A stretch of DNA of 63,962 nt, filler included, from Conidiobolus incongruus B7586 (GCA_000697335.1; 9 parts of 9 records of this genome joined end to end with filler, not necessarily neighbours in it), one strand, 5' to 3'; positions 14,001 through 27,248 are shown, counted from the whole stretch's first letter. Notes: generated by a model from the sequence alone, not told the origin. Program-made: numbers and translations.

Positions 14001-14255
14001 TCAAATTATAATATAGGTATATCATAAGACCACTGTGTATTTATAGTTAAAATGAATTAATTAAATTAGAATCCAAAGATTGTCCAATTAACATGAAATT
14101 TAAATTGAATCCCATACTAATTTAGATCACCTATATTTATTATTAAGTTAAACAGATTTATAACAGTATTCAATACACTTTATTTAATATTTAATCCAAA
14201 ATTAATATTTATTAATCATTAAAATAATATAAAAAAATATTGGGTTAATAACATT

Positions 14256-15286
14256 ATGTGTAATCCTAATACCAATTTAAAACCTAGAGATGTTTTCTTT
14301 TTTATTCCTAATTTAATAGGTATTTACAAACATCGTCAATTATTCATATCATCATTAATAATATTTAATAAATTAGGATATTCAAGAATTATTTTTGCAG
14401 GTTTAGCTTTATGGACGATGAAAGAAAATCCTTTATGGTGTTTCTTCTTCTACTTTATCTCCTGTATTTTAGACGCCTTTGACGGCACTGCTGCTAGAGC
14501 TTTTAACCAATGTAATTTTTTTATTATTTGTTTATATTTATTATTTAATATTGATACTTTTAGGTACTAAATTTGGTGCTGTATTAGATATGGTTACAGA
14601 TAGGTAAATCATAGTATTTCAAAAAAAAATATTAATAATTAGAAATTTAATTTAAATTTTATTATAGATGTACTACAACTTGCTTATTATGCTATTTAAG
14701 TCAAATTTATCCCAGTTACTTTTTATTATTTCAATTTCTAATCAGTTTAGATATTTCAAGTCATTATATGCATATGTATAGGTAACTTATTAGATTGATT
14801 GTATATATACTTGTATTTAATAGAAATTCTATATGTTTTTTTAAAGTTCTTTAACTTCAGGTGCTAAAAGTCATAAAATCGTTGATGAAAATTCCAATCC
14901 CATTTTAAAAGCTTATTATTCTAACAATGTAAGGAAGTTTAATAAATTATAAAGTATCATTCATATTAATTAAATTGATTTAGACTGTATTATTTTTATT
15001 CTGTGCAGGAAATGAAACTTTTTTCATTTTATTATATTTGTTACATAAGAATCCTGAAGTGATTAATTATAGTAAATTTATTGTTATAAATATAATTATT
15101 AATTTTACTAATGAAATGATAGATCTCGTATTATTTTTCACTATTTTATGCTTTCCTATTTGTTTTATTAAGCAATCCATTAATTTAATTCAATTTATTG
15201 GTGCTTCCAAATATTTGGCTCAGGTGGATGTCGATGAACGTCAAATGAAATCCAATTCCAACGGTTCTTTGCCTAAGAAAGAATAA
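14256..15286 (+). CDS. PIS1: CDP-diacylglycerol--inositol 3-phosphatidyltransferase (phosphatidylinositol synthase), 7 exons
   Basis: Spliced translation gives FFIPNLIGYSR, the CDP-alcohol phosphotransferase motif DAFDGTAARAFNQCTKFGAVLDMVTDR, LDISSHYMHMYSSL..GAKSHK, LFLFCAGNE and PICFIKQ. Six short GT-AG introns, e.g. 14320-14376, 14512-14563, 14604-14667, 15072-15122. Confidence 0.95.
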
Positions 15287-15293
15287 ATCACAT

Positions 15294-16083
15294 CTATTGG
15301 GAACGATTGAAATATGGATGGTCATAAGCTTTTAAATTTAATTTCTCTTTAAATAAATTCAATAACTGATATTCTAAATTCCTAATCTAAAAACTTATAA
15401 TTAGTATTAATCAAAATTAATAATACTAATTAATTACTCTGATAGCCCAAAAATTATCATTTTCCAAGCTCAAGATTTTATAAGTATGAATTGTTAAAAA
15501 TCCATTCAAGTTTCCAAATAAAATATCTGTCAATAATCTATCACCAACAATTGCAATTTCACTTGGTTTTAAATGTGAATACTGTTTCATCACCTCATCA
15601 CCTCCTAAAGGTTTCTTCTGAATATGTTTAAATACTTTAATATTTAAAGATTTTTCAATTTGTTCTAATTGTTTATAATCTTTATCATCTTGACTTCCTG
15701 CTGAATTAGAAAAGATAATTACGTCATCGATAGTGTTTTTTAACTCTTCCATAGGTTTCTAAATTAATTTATTTTATTATAGATATATTAATTTGAATTA
15801 TTTTAATTTACTTCAAAATCTTCATATAATTTTAAATCGTAAGGTTTTGTAATACAATTATCCTTATCTAAAATTACTAATTTAATACCATTTTCTTTCA
15901 ATTGATTAAAATTAATCTTTGAAAAATCTAAATATTTAATGATTAATATTAAAATTTAGAAAAAAAATAATTATAATTGAATTTTTTTTTACTTTCAACA
16001 GAAATTTGAGGAATAATTAATTTAGGTTTAATTAAAATTTTAAAACTTTGTAATATTCCATTTAAATTAAAACTTTGTCCCAT
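15294..16083 (-). CDS. GEP4: Mitochondrial phosphatidylglycerophosphate phosphatase, HAD/YqeG family (4 exons)
   Basis: Spliced translation MGQSFNLNGIL...KPKLIIP...GIKLVILDKDNCIT (HAD motif I)...IFSNSAG...KKP...VGDRLLTDILFGN...WAIR|IRNLE...RSQ*. Stop TAG at 15294-15296. Confidence 0.88.
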
Positions 16084-16344
16084 TATTTTATTATTAGTAT
16101 ATTTAATAATTAATCTAATGAATTTTCATAAAATTTAATGAATCAGAGTTAATAATTAAAATACATCCTTTTATTTTGTTATGGGATTAAAATTTCAAAC
16201 TAAAATAATAAACAAAATTAATTGAACAAACTTAAATATTAAGTTGAATATAAAAAATATATTTATTAGATATTAGTTTCAAATCTTAAATCATCTATAA
16301 TTGTCAAATAAATTAATCAATCATTATACAATATTTTAAAAAAT

Positions 16345-16889
16345 TTAGTTGGTTTCTTCATCACCGTCGCCACCATTTTCTAAATTATGTTTAATTAATC
16401 TTCTAGCTGCTTCTTTATCAATTGATGTGGGCATGACTAAATATTAAAAATTAATGTAATGTAAATAAAATAAATATTTAGTAATTACCATTTAACCCTT
16501 CTAATTTTCTGATACTGTCCACATATGTAGTCATTCTTTGCTATTTAAATAATTTCAATTTGATATTTTTTAATTTAGTTATAATTTCAGTATTACCAAT
16601 TCTTTAGTGACAGGGTGATTTTCCATATCTAAACCTTGAGTTTTAAATACAGCTAAACCAAAATAAATAATTGAAAAATTTAATCAGAATATAGAATATA
16701 AATACCATAATAGCTGGAATTTAAAATGTAATTTAAAGTTAATTCCAATTTACATCTATCTAGAGTGTCTAGTTGAGGTAAAGTACTGGGTAAATCGATA
16801 CGTTGTAAATTTTGGACCAATAAATCGATTTCATTCAACCTTTCGTGTAACTGTGATAATTCTTGTTTAAGCTGACTGTTATCTGACAT
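16345..16889 (-). CDS. C1D: Nuclear exosome cofactor C1D/Rrp47 (Lrp1), Sas10/Utp3/C1D family (4 exons)
   Basis: Spliced translation ...LDTLDRCKLELTLNYILNSSYY|AVFKTQGLDMENHPVTKEL|QRMTTYVDSIRKLE...IDKEAARRLIKHNL...*, matching the C1D consensus (LNS..Y.KTQG....HP...EL.R...Y; LDK.AA.R.I.H.L). Confidence 0.85.
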
Positions 16890-19800
16890 CTTTATGGCTG
16901 ATTTTAATAATTGTGAGTTTTGTCTATAAACAATTAATTTTGTATGTATAAATATATTCAGGATTTGGATTGTTTAAAATTATGGGATGATATGAATTAA
17001 TTAAGAATTAATTTAAAGGTAGAATTTATTATAATGTTTTGATTCAAATTAATTTGAAGGAATCAGACTAAATTATTATTTGATATAAAATTATAATGGC
17101 ACAAATTATACAGCTATATTTAATCATATTGTGTATCAATACGATATTAAGTATTTTTGTAGTTTAATCATTTCTATTACTGTAAATGGGTTGAATAAAT
17201 CGAATATCCAACTCAATCAACCATGATATTGTTGAAAAATTCGTTCAATCCTAAAATGAGGATTTTGTTCTTTGCTAATGTAAGAGGAAATCCATGTAAA
17301 AGACTCAAGATGAAAGCACTGATTTCATAACTGCTTCCGCAAACAGAAATTTTTGAATGTTTACCCCCCCTATTTCATGTACATTGGTTTATTGCGATCT
17401 TGTACAAATATCCTTCCAATTTGAGAAAGTTGCATGCCAGGTGAGTAAAAGTTAATATAATTCTCCAATCGATGAGCAAGGATGCTTAAAACTATGCATT
17501 CAGTGAGAAAAGGATGGAGTGACTGATACTAAAATTGAAAGTATTAAAACATGTTATCATTCAAGTGTATTGATTTGATTTTTTTAAAATACGTTTTCCA
17601 TATAAATTTAATGGCTTAACCTAATAGAGCTTTTGTAATACCAACATTGTAAAGATCATTATTAAGGAATTGATTAGATTTTACGACCAAAATCTTTTTA
17701 AATTTCAAGTTTAAAATAAATTTAAATGATAAAATTTAATTACACATTTTCACAATTATAAATATTACATCAAAATTTTTACAGATATATTTAATCACAA
17801 CTTGATTAAATATTTATTCACAAACATCCTCTCAACAGCAATTCAATCTTTTTATAGAAAAATTTGATAAAATTTTTAAACTACAACATATGTATCTATC
17901 ATTCTATATAAAATCATTAAGATATGAGTTTATAATAAGTTTCAAACATCAAAACCAACTGAAAATCTAAAAAAAAGTTTAAAGATTGTGATACTTGAGT
18001 TCTGTTTGTGTTGTAATAAAACTTCCCTTGTTGAATGTATTTTATTCTGTGTTAACATTAATATGTTCAAAAGAACTACCGAATGTGAAGAATAAATGAT
18101 TTAGGTTCATTTATTTTTTCATATTAATTATTTAGATTTCAATTACAATATTCTAATGATTACTAATTATATTGTTGTTTTCCAAAAACTGATTTTCATC
18201 TGGGAATTATTACACAATATTTTATTATTATCAACTTCAATTAAGTTCAATAAATAAATGCTGAAGCAATTTATTGATCAATTATTATTATCAAATTTTG
18301 AATAACTTATTTTTTTTTCAAAAAATGATTCAATTGAAATAATCTCATTTTCAAATTAGATGATAATTAAATTTATTACCCCAAAAATCAAGAAATAAAC
18401 CCTTTTTTAAATAAAATTTACAAATATAGATATATAAAACTAATTCACTTTGTTATTATTATTATTTTTGTCATATATTGGCCAAATTTTCTATACCCAA
18501 ATAATAATTATGTTTAAAAATTAATTAATATTAAATGATTTATAATTTAATTCTTTTTATTCAAATTTATTTTTTCAGAGTATAATATTTAAATTCCCTA
18601 ATTTTCATTTAAAAATATTTTAATTTAATGAATATTTTTGATTTTATAAGTTTTTATATATATTTATTTTGAAAATCTTTTGTTATTTTCTAAATCCTAT
18701 GATTATCTAAATGATAATAAATATCCTTAATATAATTTTAATATATTAAAACAAAATAATTTTTTTATTAATCATTATATTTTTAAAAACAAAAATAAAA
18801 ACTATATAAAATTTTAATATATAAATACTATCAATATTTATAAATAAAATATTTTTGATTAGAATTTAAAACAAAATAATTTGGTTTTATTTAATTTTTT
18901 TGACTTTAATTAGANNNNNNNNNNNNNNNNNNNNNNNNNNNNNNNNNNNNNNNNNNNNTTAATTAATTAANNNNNNNNNNNNNNNNNNNNNNNNNNNNNN
19001 NNNNNNNNNNNNNNAATAATATTAAATTTTATATATTCTCAGATTTTTAAGTATTTAAAAAATATTTTGTTATAGTTAATATTAATATAAATTTAAATAT
19101 CTATCAGAAAAAAATATATTATTAGAATAAATTTCTAATTTCCAAAATCGACATTAATATTGATATAAAAAGATTAATAAAATATATGATAATATCTATT
19201 ATTTTCCTATCTATTTATTGCATATACAATTATCACTTATAATAATTTACCCAAAATTTATCCTTTATCCTATTTTCCATTAAATTAATAAATTCTTATC
19301 TTAATATATAAAGACAATTATGTTATTTAAAGTAAATAACTTTAAAAATAATCTGTAAACTATATCCTGATCTTACAAGTCATTTGCATTTAAGTTTAAT
19401 ATAATTATCTTAATTTGCAACACCAGGATAATATAATATTTTATCAATTTGAAAAAAAAATCTTGAAATATCATATAAGCAAATAATGCAAATTTCAAAG
19501 TAATTAAGATTAATTAATTTAATCAAATTCAATAAATAACTGAATCAGATAAAATAGAAAAATATATAATTGAGAGTTAAATATTATATATATCAATAGT
19601 TAAAAACTTAAATTATAAAATGACAAAATTTAATAAAGGTTAATATCATATCAATGAATTGAATATAAAAATATTTTGAATAAAAATATTAATTTATTAA
19701 TTTTATCTAATATTTTATCCATGATCTTATTAACTATAATTTTTTTTTCAAAATTATTCATAAAACAGAGGGGTAATTTTAAGTATATTAATTAAATTTA

Positions 19801-20716
19801 TGATAAAATCTATAGGAATAATAATCTAAAGAACTTGTTATTTATCATCCAATTTCGCTTGTTCCTCAATTTCTAATCTTTGTTGATTGATTTAATTGGT
19901 TCCACCTTCAAGTTCGATCAATTATAAATTATAAATTGATAAAATATTTTTAATCCTATATCAAATTATATATAATATTTATTTTGATTTTAAAAATAGA
20001 TAATTATATAATATTCAGAATATTAAAAATCACTATATATTTAATTATAGCTTAATAGTATTCAATGCATTTACCTATTTTCATTCTATTAAAATAATAT
20101 AATATATTGATAAGTATATAGGTGAGAGAAAAAATTCTATATTGGGATACTACCTAAAATAATTAAGGATTAATTTTTTGAGGATATAAAAAAATTTATT
20201 TTACATAATAGCATAAATTTTGTTAACTATAAAATTTATAATTTATTTAATTTTTTGGTGGATTTTAAGCAATATAATAGTAATTATTATTTAGTTTATT
20301 TTATTTAATCAATTATATTTATTCTTTTTATTATTGGAACTTATGTTAATATAGTTTCATTAACAATGTGTACCTTAAAAGTAACTAAGCCAGAGTTTTA
20401 AAATATTAACCCCCCCCCCAAATTGATTAATCCCAAGCAATCAATAATGGAAAAGCTAAACAAATACACCACTTGACAGTATCAGATACTCAAGTGCTAG
20501 CAAGACGTTCAGTTTAATATTTTGCCAAAGTAATCTCAATTAATAGAACGGGAATTAGATACCAATCGCAAATTAAGAAGTTGAGCAAAATAGTGAAATC
20601 CATCAATATGGAACATCTAGAAAAATCAAAGACCCTTAAAGTATTTTGAGTAATTGAATTTGGTGGTACGAGTTGGGTGGAAATAATTGAAGATAAATAA
20701 AAAAAGATCAGATGAA

Positions 20717-21697
20717 TCAAGTGTGGATTGTATTCAAGTTAAAATTTGAAGTATGGCCACTGCTATCATCACCAAATCGAGAATTGATACATGATAAGCG
20801 TTTAAGGCCAAGAGTGTCGAATACTTCTTTGATTAGCGATGGTCTCATATGGAGTACTATAATTGTATTGAGACAGAGGTTGAGCATAAGGCAAGAAGCT
20901 GAAATGCAGTCAATGAGTGGTGTTAAAAACTTATTATCCACCAAACTAATAATCACGAGAATGCAGTAGGGTCCATTATTCAAACAGCACACGAGTACAA
21001 TAATCATCGATTTTGCAATTGTCGATCGTACATTCCTTTTGACAACCTCGTGCTTCATACCTAATTCCAACTGATCTCGCCTGCTTTCGCCAGCACGTTT
21101 GAGAGCGATTTGAATATAACCAGCGAAAACTACTGACATTGATATCAACGCCGACAATAAAGTTATCAACGAACATATTTTACCTCCTGTAGTTGATACA
21201 TTGAACATACAATACATAGAAGCTGGTAAAATGGTAAATCCATCGTGAAACCAACCAATTAATATCACAGTTAAATTTAAACTTATCATTAAACCCAACA
21301 ATATCCAATAATATATCTCTTTAATCGTCCTTTTATATACTATTAATAAACATCTCTCGTACGCAATTAATCCTACTAAGTTGATGGATGTTATGAATCC
21401 TATTAAACATATTGTAGCTGCTAAATTGCACGACCATCTATAAGATAAATTATATTGAAAGTTGATCATATTAAAGAAACAATTTAATCCTGATTCAACA
21501 CAAGATATCATATCGAATACTAGGGTAAAAGCTATAAGTTTTAAGTCTATATTCATTCGTGCCCATTGTCGTTTAAGTAATACTCGAAAAACTAGTAAAG
21601 CTAATATAAACCCAGGGATCGCTAGTGTGAGTCCCACAGAGTCTAAGATATAATTATAAGGGTATGCAGCATCCCGTACTTGTTTATAATCGAACAT
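20717..21697 (-). CDS. Rhodopsin-class (family A-like) 7TM G-protein-coupled receptor, paralog 1 (326 aa, intronless)
   Basis: Seven hydrophobic segments. TM3 starts with Cys (WSCN) and ends IAYERC (E/DRY equivalent). ECL2 Cys (PASMYC), TM5 Tyr, TM6 Pro (NGPY) and TM7 LNTIIV (NPxxY equivalent). Confidence 0.82.
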   Translation of the reverse strand: MFDYKQVRDAAYPYNYILDSVGLTLAIPGFILALLVFRVLLKRQWARMNIDLKLIAFTLVFDMISCVESGLNCFFNMINFQYNLSYRWSCNLAATICLIGFITSINLVGLIAYERCLLIVYKRTIKEIYYWILLGLMISLNLTVILIGWFHDGFTILPASMYCMFNVSTTGGKICSLITLLSALISMSVVFAGYIQIALKRAGESRRDQLELGMKHEVVKRNVRSTIAKSMIIVLVCCLNNGPYCILVIISLVDNKFLTPLIDCISASCLMLNLCLNTIIVLHMRPSLIKEVFDTLGLKRLSCINSRFGDDSSGHTSNFNLNTIHT

Positions 21698-24600
21698 AAT
21701 TATAAAACAAATTTTAAATATGTCATCCTTTTAACAACAATCAAGAAGTTTGACCCTTTATATAAGTGTTTAAAAAATAGTGTTACACTATTAATTAAAG
21801 TTTCATATTAATTGAGATCAATTTTTGAGTATGAATTTAAGTTATGATAATTAATTCCAAAAATTTAAAAAAGAAACTATTATGATATAAAAATTAATCT
21901 AAAAAAATATTATTTTAAATCTTTTTTGATACAATAAAAGGTATAAGAGTTTATATATATATATATAAATATATTATATAATATTAATAACTCTATAATA
22001 GATTTTTTATCAATTATAATCATATATTTTCATCTTTTACGGCGAAATTAGTTCCTAATATTTCCTCTAAATTTAATATTTTACCTAATAAAATTAAATT
22101 TAGATAAAAAAATCAAATCAAATGATTTGATTGGTAAAGGTTAAATACGCTTGGATAATTCAAATATTAAATTAAAAAAGATTATAGTTATGAAAGGATA
22201 TTTCTTTGTGCTTTAAAAATATTTGAATTATAGATTTTAAAATTAATAGGATATTTAATTTAACACCACATTTAAGGTTATAATTTTAAATTATTAAGAA
22301 TGTAATACCAATTATAAGTGGTTTGTATTGATCGAATGACGACCAAAATTTTGAAACATAAAATTAATTAAAATAATTTGTTTATTAATCGGTTTTTAAT
22401 GCCAAAATATTTTATATAAATAAACCAATTACTAAATAAAAAAATCAAGTTTTTAAAGCAATAATAATATTGTTTTTTGAAATATTTACAAATATTCTAA
22501 ATTTTAATATTAATTAGTTATAGATCATCCGAAGTGAAATAGTTTAAAATTATTGTTATTATTATTATTATAATTAATAAATTTTAATCATCTTATAATA
22601 TTTAAAAAATATTTGCAATGATTAAATTAATTGATAATTTTGATTTTTATAATTTATTTTTAACTCAGTAATTTGTATAAAATTCTAGTAACCTAAAGAA
22701 TATAATTTAAATGGTTGGAAAAGGTATATGATACAAGAGAATAATAATAATAATTAAGTTATAGATTCAATATATAACTAAATTGAAATTATGAAAATTA
22801 TATAATAATATATGATTGGTGAATTATTATATTCAAAGAATTTCACTGTGAGATCTCAAAAAATATCAAGTGCTACAATAGTATAAAAATATGAATTTAA
22901 AATCGCTGGGAAATATCGTTTTTAAACCATTAAATGTAGTTAATATTCGATATTATCGTCGATCCTATCGATATTTTTATTATAATATCATTAATTAATA
23001 TCAGATTCATAGGTTTATATGACTATACCATATCATATCAGTTATATTGCAACATTCTTCTATTAAATTAATTATCTATAATAAAAATTAATTTTATTAT
23101 CAATTAAATAGTTAAAATAAGGAATTTCCATTTTGGGAGTTATCAAGCGGATATCATGCCAACTCACATTCTTAGCATTATTATTATGACATCAAAAAGA
23201 ATAATTGTTGGAGTTTGTGAAAAATAAATATTGAGTTAATTGAAAGTACATCAATAGATCAATTTGGATTAGATAGTATCTGTGGATAACTATTCCACAA
23301 TCATTGATTATAATTGATATCTACGATCATTTTTTATAAATTAATATAAATTAATTAATTATTACATTTTGAATATTGACAACTAGCATATACTAAATTA
23401 AAAAAAGGTTAGAACTAATTAATTTTAGGAAAATTACTATATTTGCTAAAGGAATTTGTATTATTTTGAAAGCAAACTATGATTTATTAACGGCCAAATA
23501 TCCATTTGCTCAATGACATAATAATCTCCTCAATTCATATTGCATAACATGGATTTGAAATAGCATAAACTGTAACAAATAGAAACTAAAAATAAATCAA
23601 ATAAAATTTTACTAACTGTCCTTTCAAGTTGTCAATCTTATTAATTTTAATTTACTTTTAAAGATTAGTAATTGCATGAGATATTTGAAAATTGATTTTA
23701 ATATTATTGTTCTCAATAAATATTTATTGAGATTTAATTATTAAAAAGTAGTTAAAAATATAATAAATTAAAATTTTAAATAGACTCAATTGTATTATTT
23801 TTTATAGAACATTTTTTTATTCATGAAAATAGATTTTTTATTTAAAATATATTATATTAATCGATAGCATTTTATATATTGAAACCCTTAATAAATGTCA
23901 TATATATATATATATATGTATTTTCAAAATTTCCAAAAACATAAAATTGTTTCAAATTCTATGGAGACAATGTGTCAAATTATAGAAAAGTTATAATGAT
24001 CTTAATCATGAATTTGTTATTAAATTCTAATATCAGAAAAAAAGCGAAAATTTTTTTAAATATAATAATTTACTTTGAATTCTAATTTTTTTAATATTAA
24101 AATAATTTAATACATATATATATATATATATTAAATTGATATTATACTTTTATAAAAAATTAGGTGATAAAATTTTCGGGTTATTTCATTTTATTTATTT
24201 TGAAAATTGAAAAATAAAAACTTTACAAAGTTAGTCAAGTTAAATCAAGTTATACTATTACAAAATCCACAGTAATCAACCCACTCAAAAAGTATACAGA
24301 ATATTTTAATGCAAGAGACCTAAATTTTAGCACGGAGTGATCTTTCAATTGTTTATCAATATTTACTGTTAGTTTTGAGAAAAATGCTTTAATTTTGCAT
24401 CTATTTTTTGACATTTTTTGGAAATTCCAATTATATCTCCAATTTTAGTAACGGTGGATGAAAATATTGTAAATTGATTGGGTATTATTAATAAGATGAT
24501 ACATATTCTCCAATGAGGAGAAAGTAACTGTTAATGAAATAATTGGAATGGATATGTTTAAAGTAATCTAGAATCATAAATATTATAATATTATACTATT

Positions 24601-26195
24601 ATACTATAGATTGATAATATATATTATTACATTTTTAACACTTGTTAACCAATTATTTTAATCTCAAATTCCGTAAGAACATTAGATAGAATAAGCAATT
24701 CAACTACATAGTTCTAAATAACTTAATATAGAATATATATTATTAGAATTTCATCAAGTAAAATAAAATATTGAATAAATATAATTTTGAGTATAATTAT
24801 CAGTTATATCCAATTTAAACAACTAAACATATTCATATAACTTCATATAAGTAAATAATTTAATATCTTTAATCAGTTCAAATTAAATAACTAAAGTTTA
24901 ACATGACTAATTTTTGATCAAATTCTTGAAACCTCATTAAAATATAATTGGAATATTGAGGAAATACTGATAATATAGTAGTTGGGAAAATATCTCGTAT
25001 AATAATTTTAACATAAATTATGAGGTTTATACTAATCACCAAATAAAATTTTTGACTAAATCAACTTATTCATTTTTAAATTTATTAATTAATTAATTAC
25101 AAATATAGATTATTTAAAATCCTAATACTTTATTATTAATCAATTTCAACTATAATTAAGTTTCAAATAATTAATGAATAAATACCCGATTCAAAAAGAC
25201 TATTAGAAAAAAACATTTAAAAATTTGATTATTATACATTGTATTATATATTTTTTTCCAATATTAATAAATATATAAAACAATATAATATATCATACAT
25301 TTTTCTTCTGATTTAATAATGCATAATAATATCAATAAAGAATCCATGATTAATTTAATACACACAATAATATGTATATATAATACTATAATAAGTAATT
25401 CAAAAAGTTAATATTAAAATTTCTTTTGATTCAATTTTATTAATTTTACATACTTTGACAGGGTATTATTTTTATAAGTGGTTTTTGTTTTGTGAATTTA
25501 TTTAAATATACATTATAAACATAAAATTTCATATTGGTTAATAGGGAAATAAAAATTATTTATTCAAGTAATATTAACTATAATAAATTTATATTTAATT
25601 CAAAATATTACTATAATTAGAATTTAATAATATATATGAAAAATTGATATGAAAAGTTAATATTCCAAATATTGAAATTTCACTTAAAATATTTCAATTG
25701 GAGGATTATACGCCGTGCATTTGAGATCATATAGCATAATATAACTTAAAAAAAACCTCTAGAATTTTTTTTAAACAAAATGTGATATGATTATCAATTT
25801 TAACCAATTAAGTGATTGAAAATGGTTGAATTATTCCATCAAAAAATAATCTCAAAATATATACATATATCAAATTTGGTCAAATCATAAGAATATATAT
25901 TGGCGATATATTTATATTATAATTATCCTATATACATATAGATTCAATAAATAATTTAACTTCACCATATTAGATAACTTAAGTTAATAAGAATAACTTA
26001 TTAAGAAATTTAAAAACTACAAGATATTTTAAAAAAAAATTTTTTAAAATTTTCTCATCATTATCCACTAAAAATTAATTTTAATCCACTATAGAATTAA
26101 TAAAAAAAATTTTTTTTTAATAATGGATTTTAAAGGTATTACAATATTCAATCAAGTTGAATAAAAGGGAATTAATAATTTGTAAAACATTCTTA

Positions 26196-26211
26196 TTTCA
26201 CTATATAAATA
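26196..26211 (+). promoter_or_regulatory. Putative TATA-containing core promoter of 7TM paralog 2
   Basis: TTTCACTATATAAATA about 62 nt upstream of the ATG at 26274. Paralog 1 has CACTTATATAAA at a similar distance (21757-21768, minus strand). Confidence 0.5.
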
Positions 26212-26273
26212 CTTGAGTTATGTACTTTTGAATTCATATTTGATTCCATGTAGATCTTTTGATCATTAAAAAT

Positions 26274-27248
26274 ATGATAAATTATCAAAAAGTTCGAGAC
26301 AATGCATTTCCCTATAATTATATCCTTGATGCTATAGGACTGTGTCTAGCAATCCCCGGGTTAATAATGGCTGGACTAGTATTTCGAATACTACTTAACC
26401 GCAAATGGAGCCATATGAATATCGATCTTAAACTCATCTTTTTAACCCTTATTTTTGATATGATATCTTGTGTTGAATCAGGTTTAAATTGTTTCTTTAA
26501 TATGATCAACTTTCAATACAATTTGTCTTTTAGATGGTCATGTAATTTGACTGCTACAATTTGTTTAATAGGTTTTATTACATCTATCAATCTTGTAGGT
26601 TTAATCGCTTTTGAACGCTGTCTACTAATCGTTTATCAAACTAAAATCAAAGAAATTTACTATTGGATTATATTGAGTGGTTTTTTAATTGTTAATTTGA
26701 GTTCAATTCTAGTTGGATGGCTAGAAGATGGATTCAATATTTTACCAGCATCAATGTATTGCGTATTTGATGTTAAAACGCGAGGAGGCAGAGTGTGTGG
26801 CATTATTACACTTTTATCAGCTCTTATCTCTGTTACATTGGTATTTGTTGGTTATATTCAAATTGCACTCAAAAGGGCGCGTGAAGGCAGGAGAAGTCAA
26901 ATTGAACTTGGCTTGGATCCAGAAGTTGTTAAAAAGACCATGAGATCCACCATATTTAAATCTATGATCATCGTGTTGGTTAGTTGCTTAAACAATGGCC
27001 CATACTGTGTCTTAGTCATTATTAGTTTATTTGAGCCTTCATTCCTCACTCCTTTAGTCGACTGCATTTCTGCATCTTGTCTCATGCTTAATCTGTGTTT
27101 GAATACAATCATTGTCTTACATATGCGTCCAGGTCTATTCAAGGAAGTGTTGAATTACCTTGGATATAAAAACTTCTTTTCTTTCAATTCAAGAATGGAT
27201 GAAGATGACAATCAGTCCAATATTAATTTAAATAAATTAATACATTAA
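26274..27248 (+). CDS. Rhodopsin-class 7TM receptor, paralog 2 (ATG at 26274; 324 aa, intronless)
   Basis: Colinear close paralog of 20717-21697 with long identical stretches (FDMISCVESGLNCFFNMINFQYNLS; DCISASCLMLNLCLNTIIVLHMRP) and IAFERC motif. The ORF-track start at 26259 is TTG; the ATG at 26274 matches the paralog's start. Confidence 0.82.
   Translation: MINYQKVRDNAFPYNYILDAIGLCLAIPGLIMAGLVFRILLNRKWSHMNIDLKLIFLTLIFDMISCVESGLNCFFNMINFQYNLSFRWSCNLTATICLIGFITSINLVGLIAFERCLLIVYQTKIKEIYYWIILSGFLIVNLSSILVGWLEDGFNILPASMYCVFDVKTRGGRVCGIITLLSALISVTLVFVGYIQIALKRAREGRRSQIELGLDPEVVKKTMRSTIFKSMIIVLVSCLNNGPYCVLVIISLFEPSFLTPLVDCISASCLMLNLCLNTIIVLHMRPGLFKEVLNYLGYKNFFSFNSRMDEDDNQSNINLNKLIH

Noticed and set aside
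17270..17370. Possible spliceosomal snRNA (Sm-like AATTTTTGA; CTTTTAC on the minus strand)
   Set aside because: The motifs are on opposite strands, the U5 loop GCCUUUUAC is not intact, and no U4/U5 fold could be built.
21462..21653. Antisense 63-aa ORF mirrored at 26318-26509 (likewise 20712-20969 and 26897-27142)
   Set aside because: Their similarity follows from lying antisense to paralogous 7TM coding sequences; no independent evidence of coding.
20717..21697. Possible functional photoreceptor opsin
   Set aside because: The Schiff-base Lys position in TM7 is Met in both paralogs.
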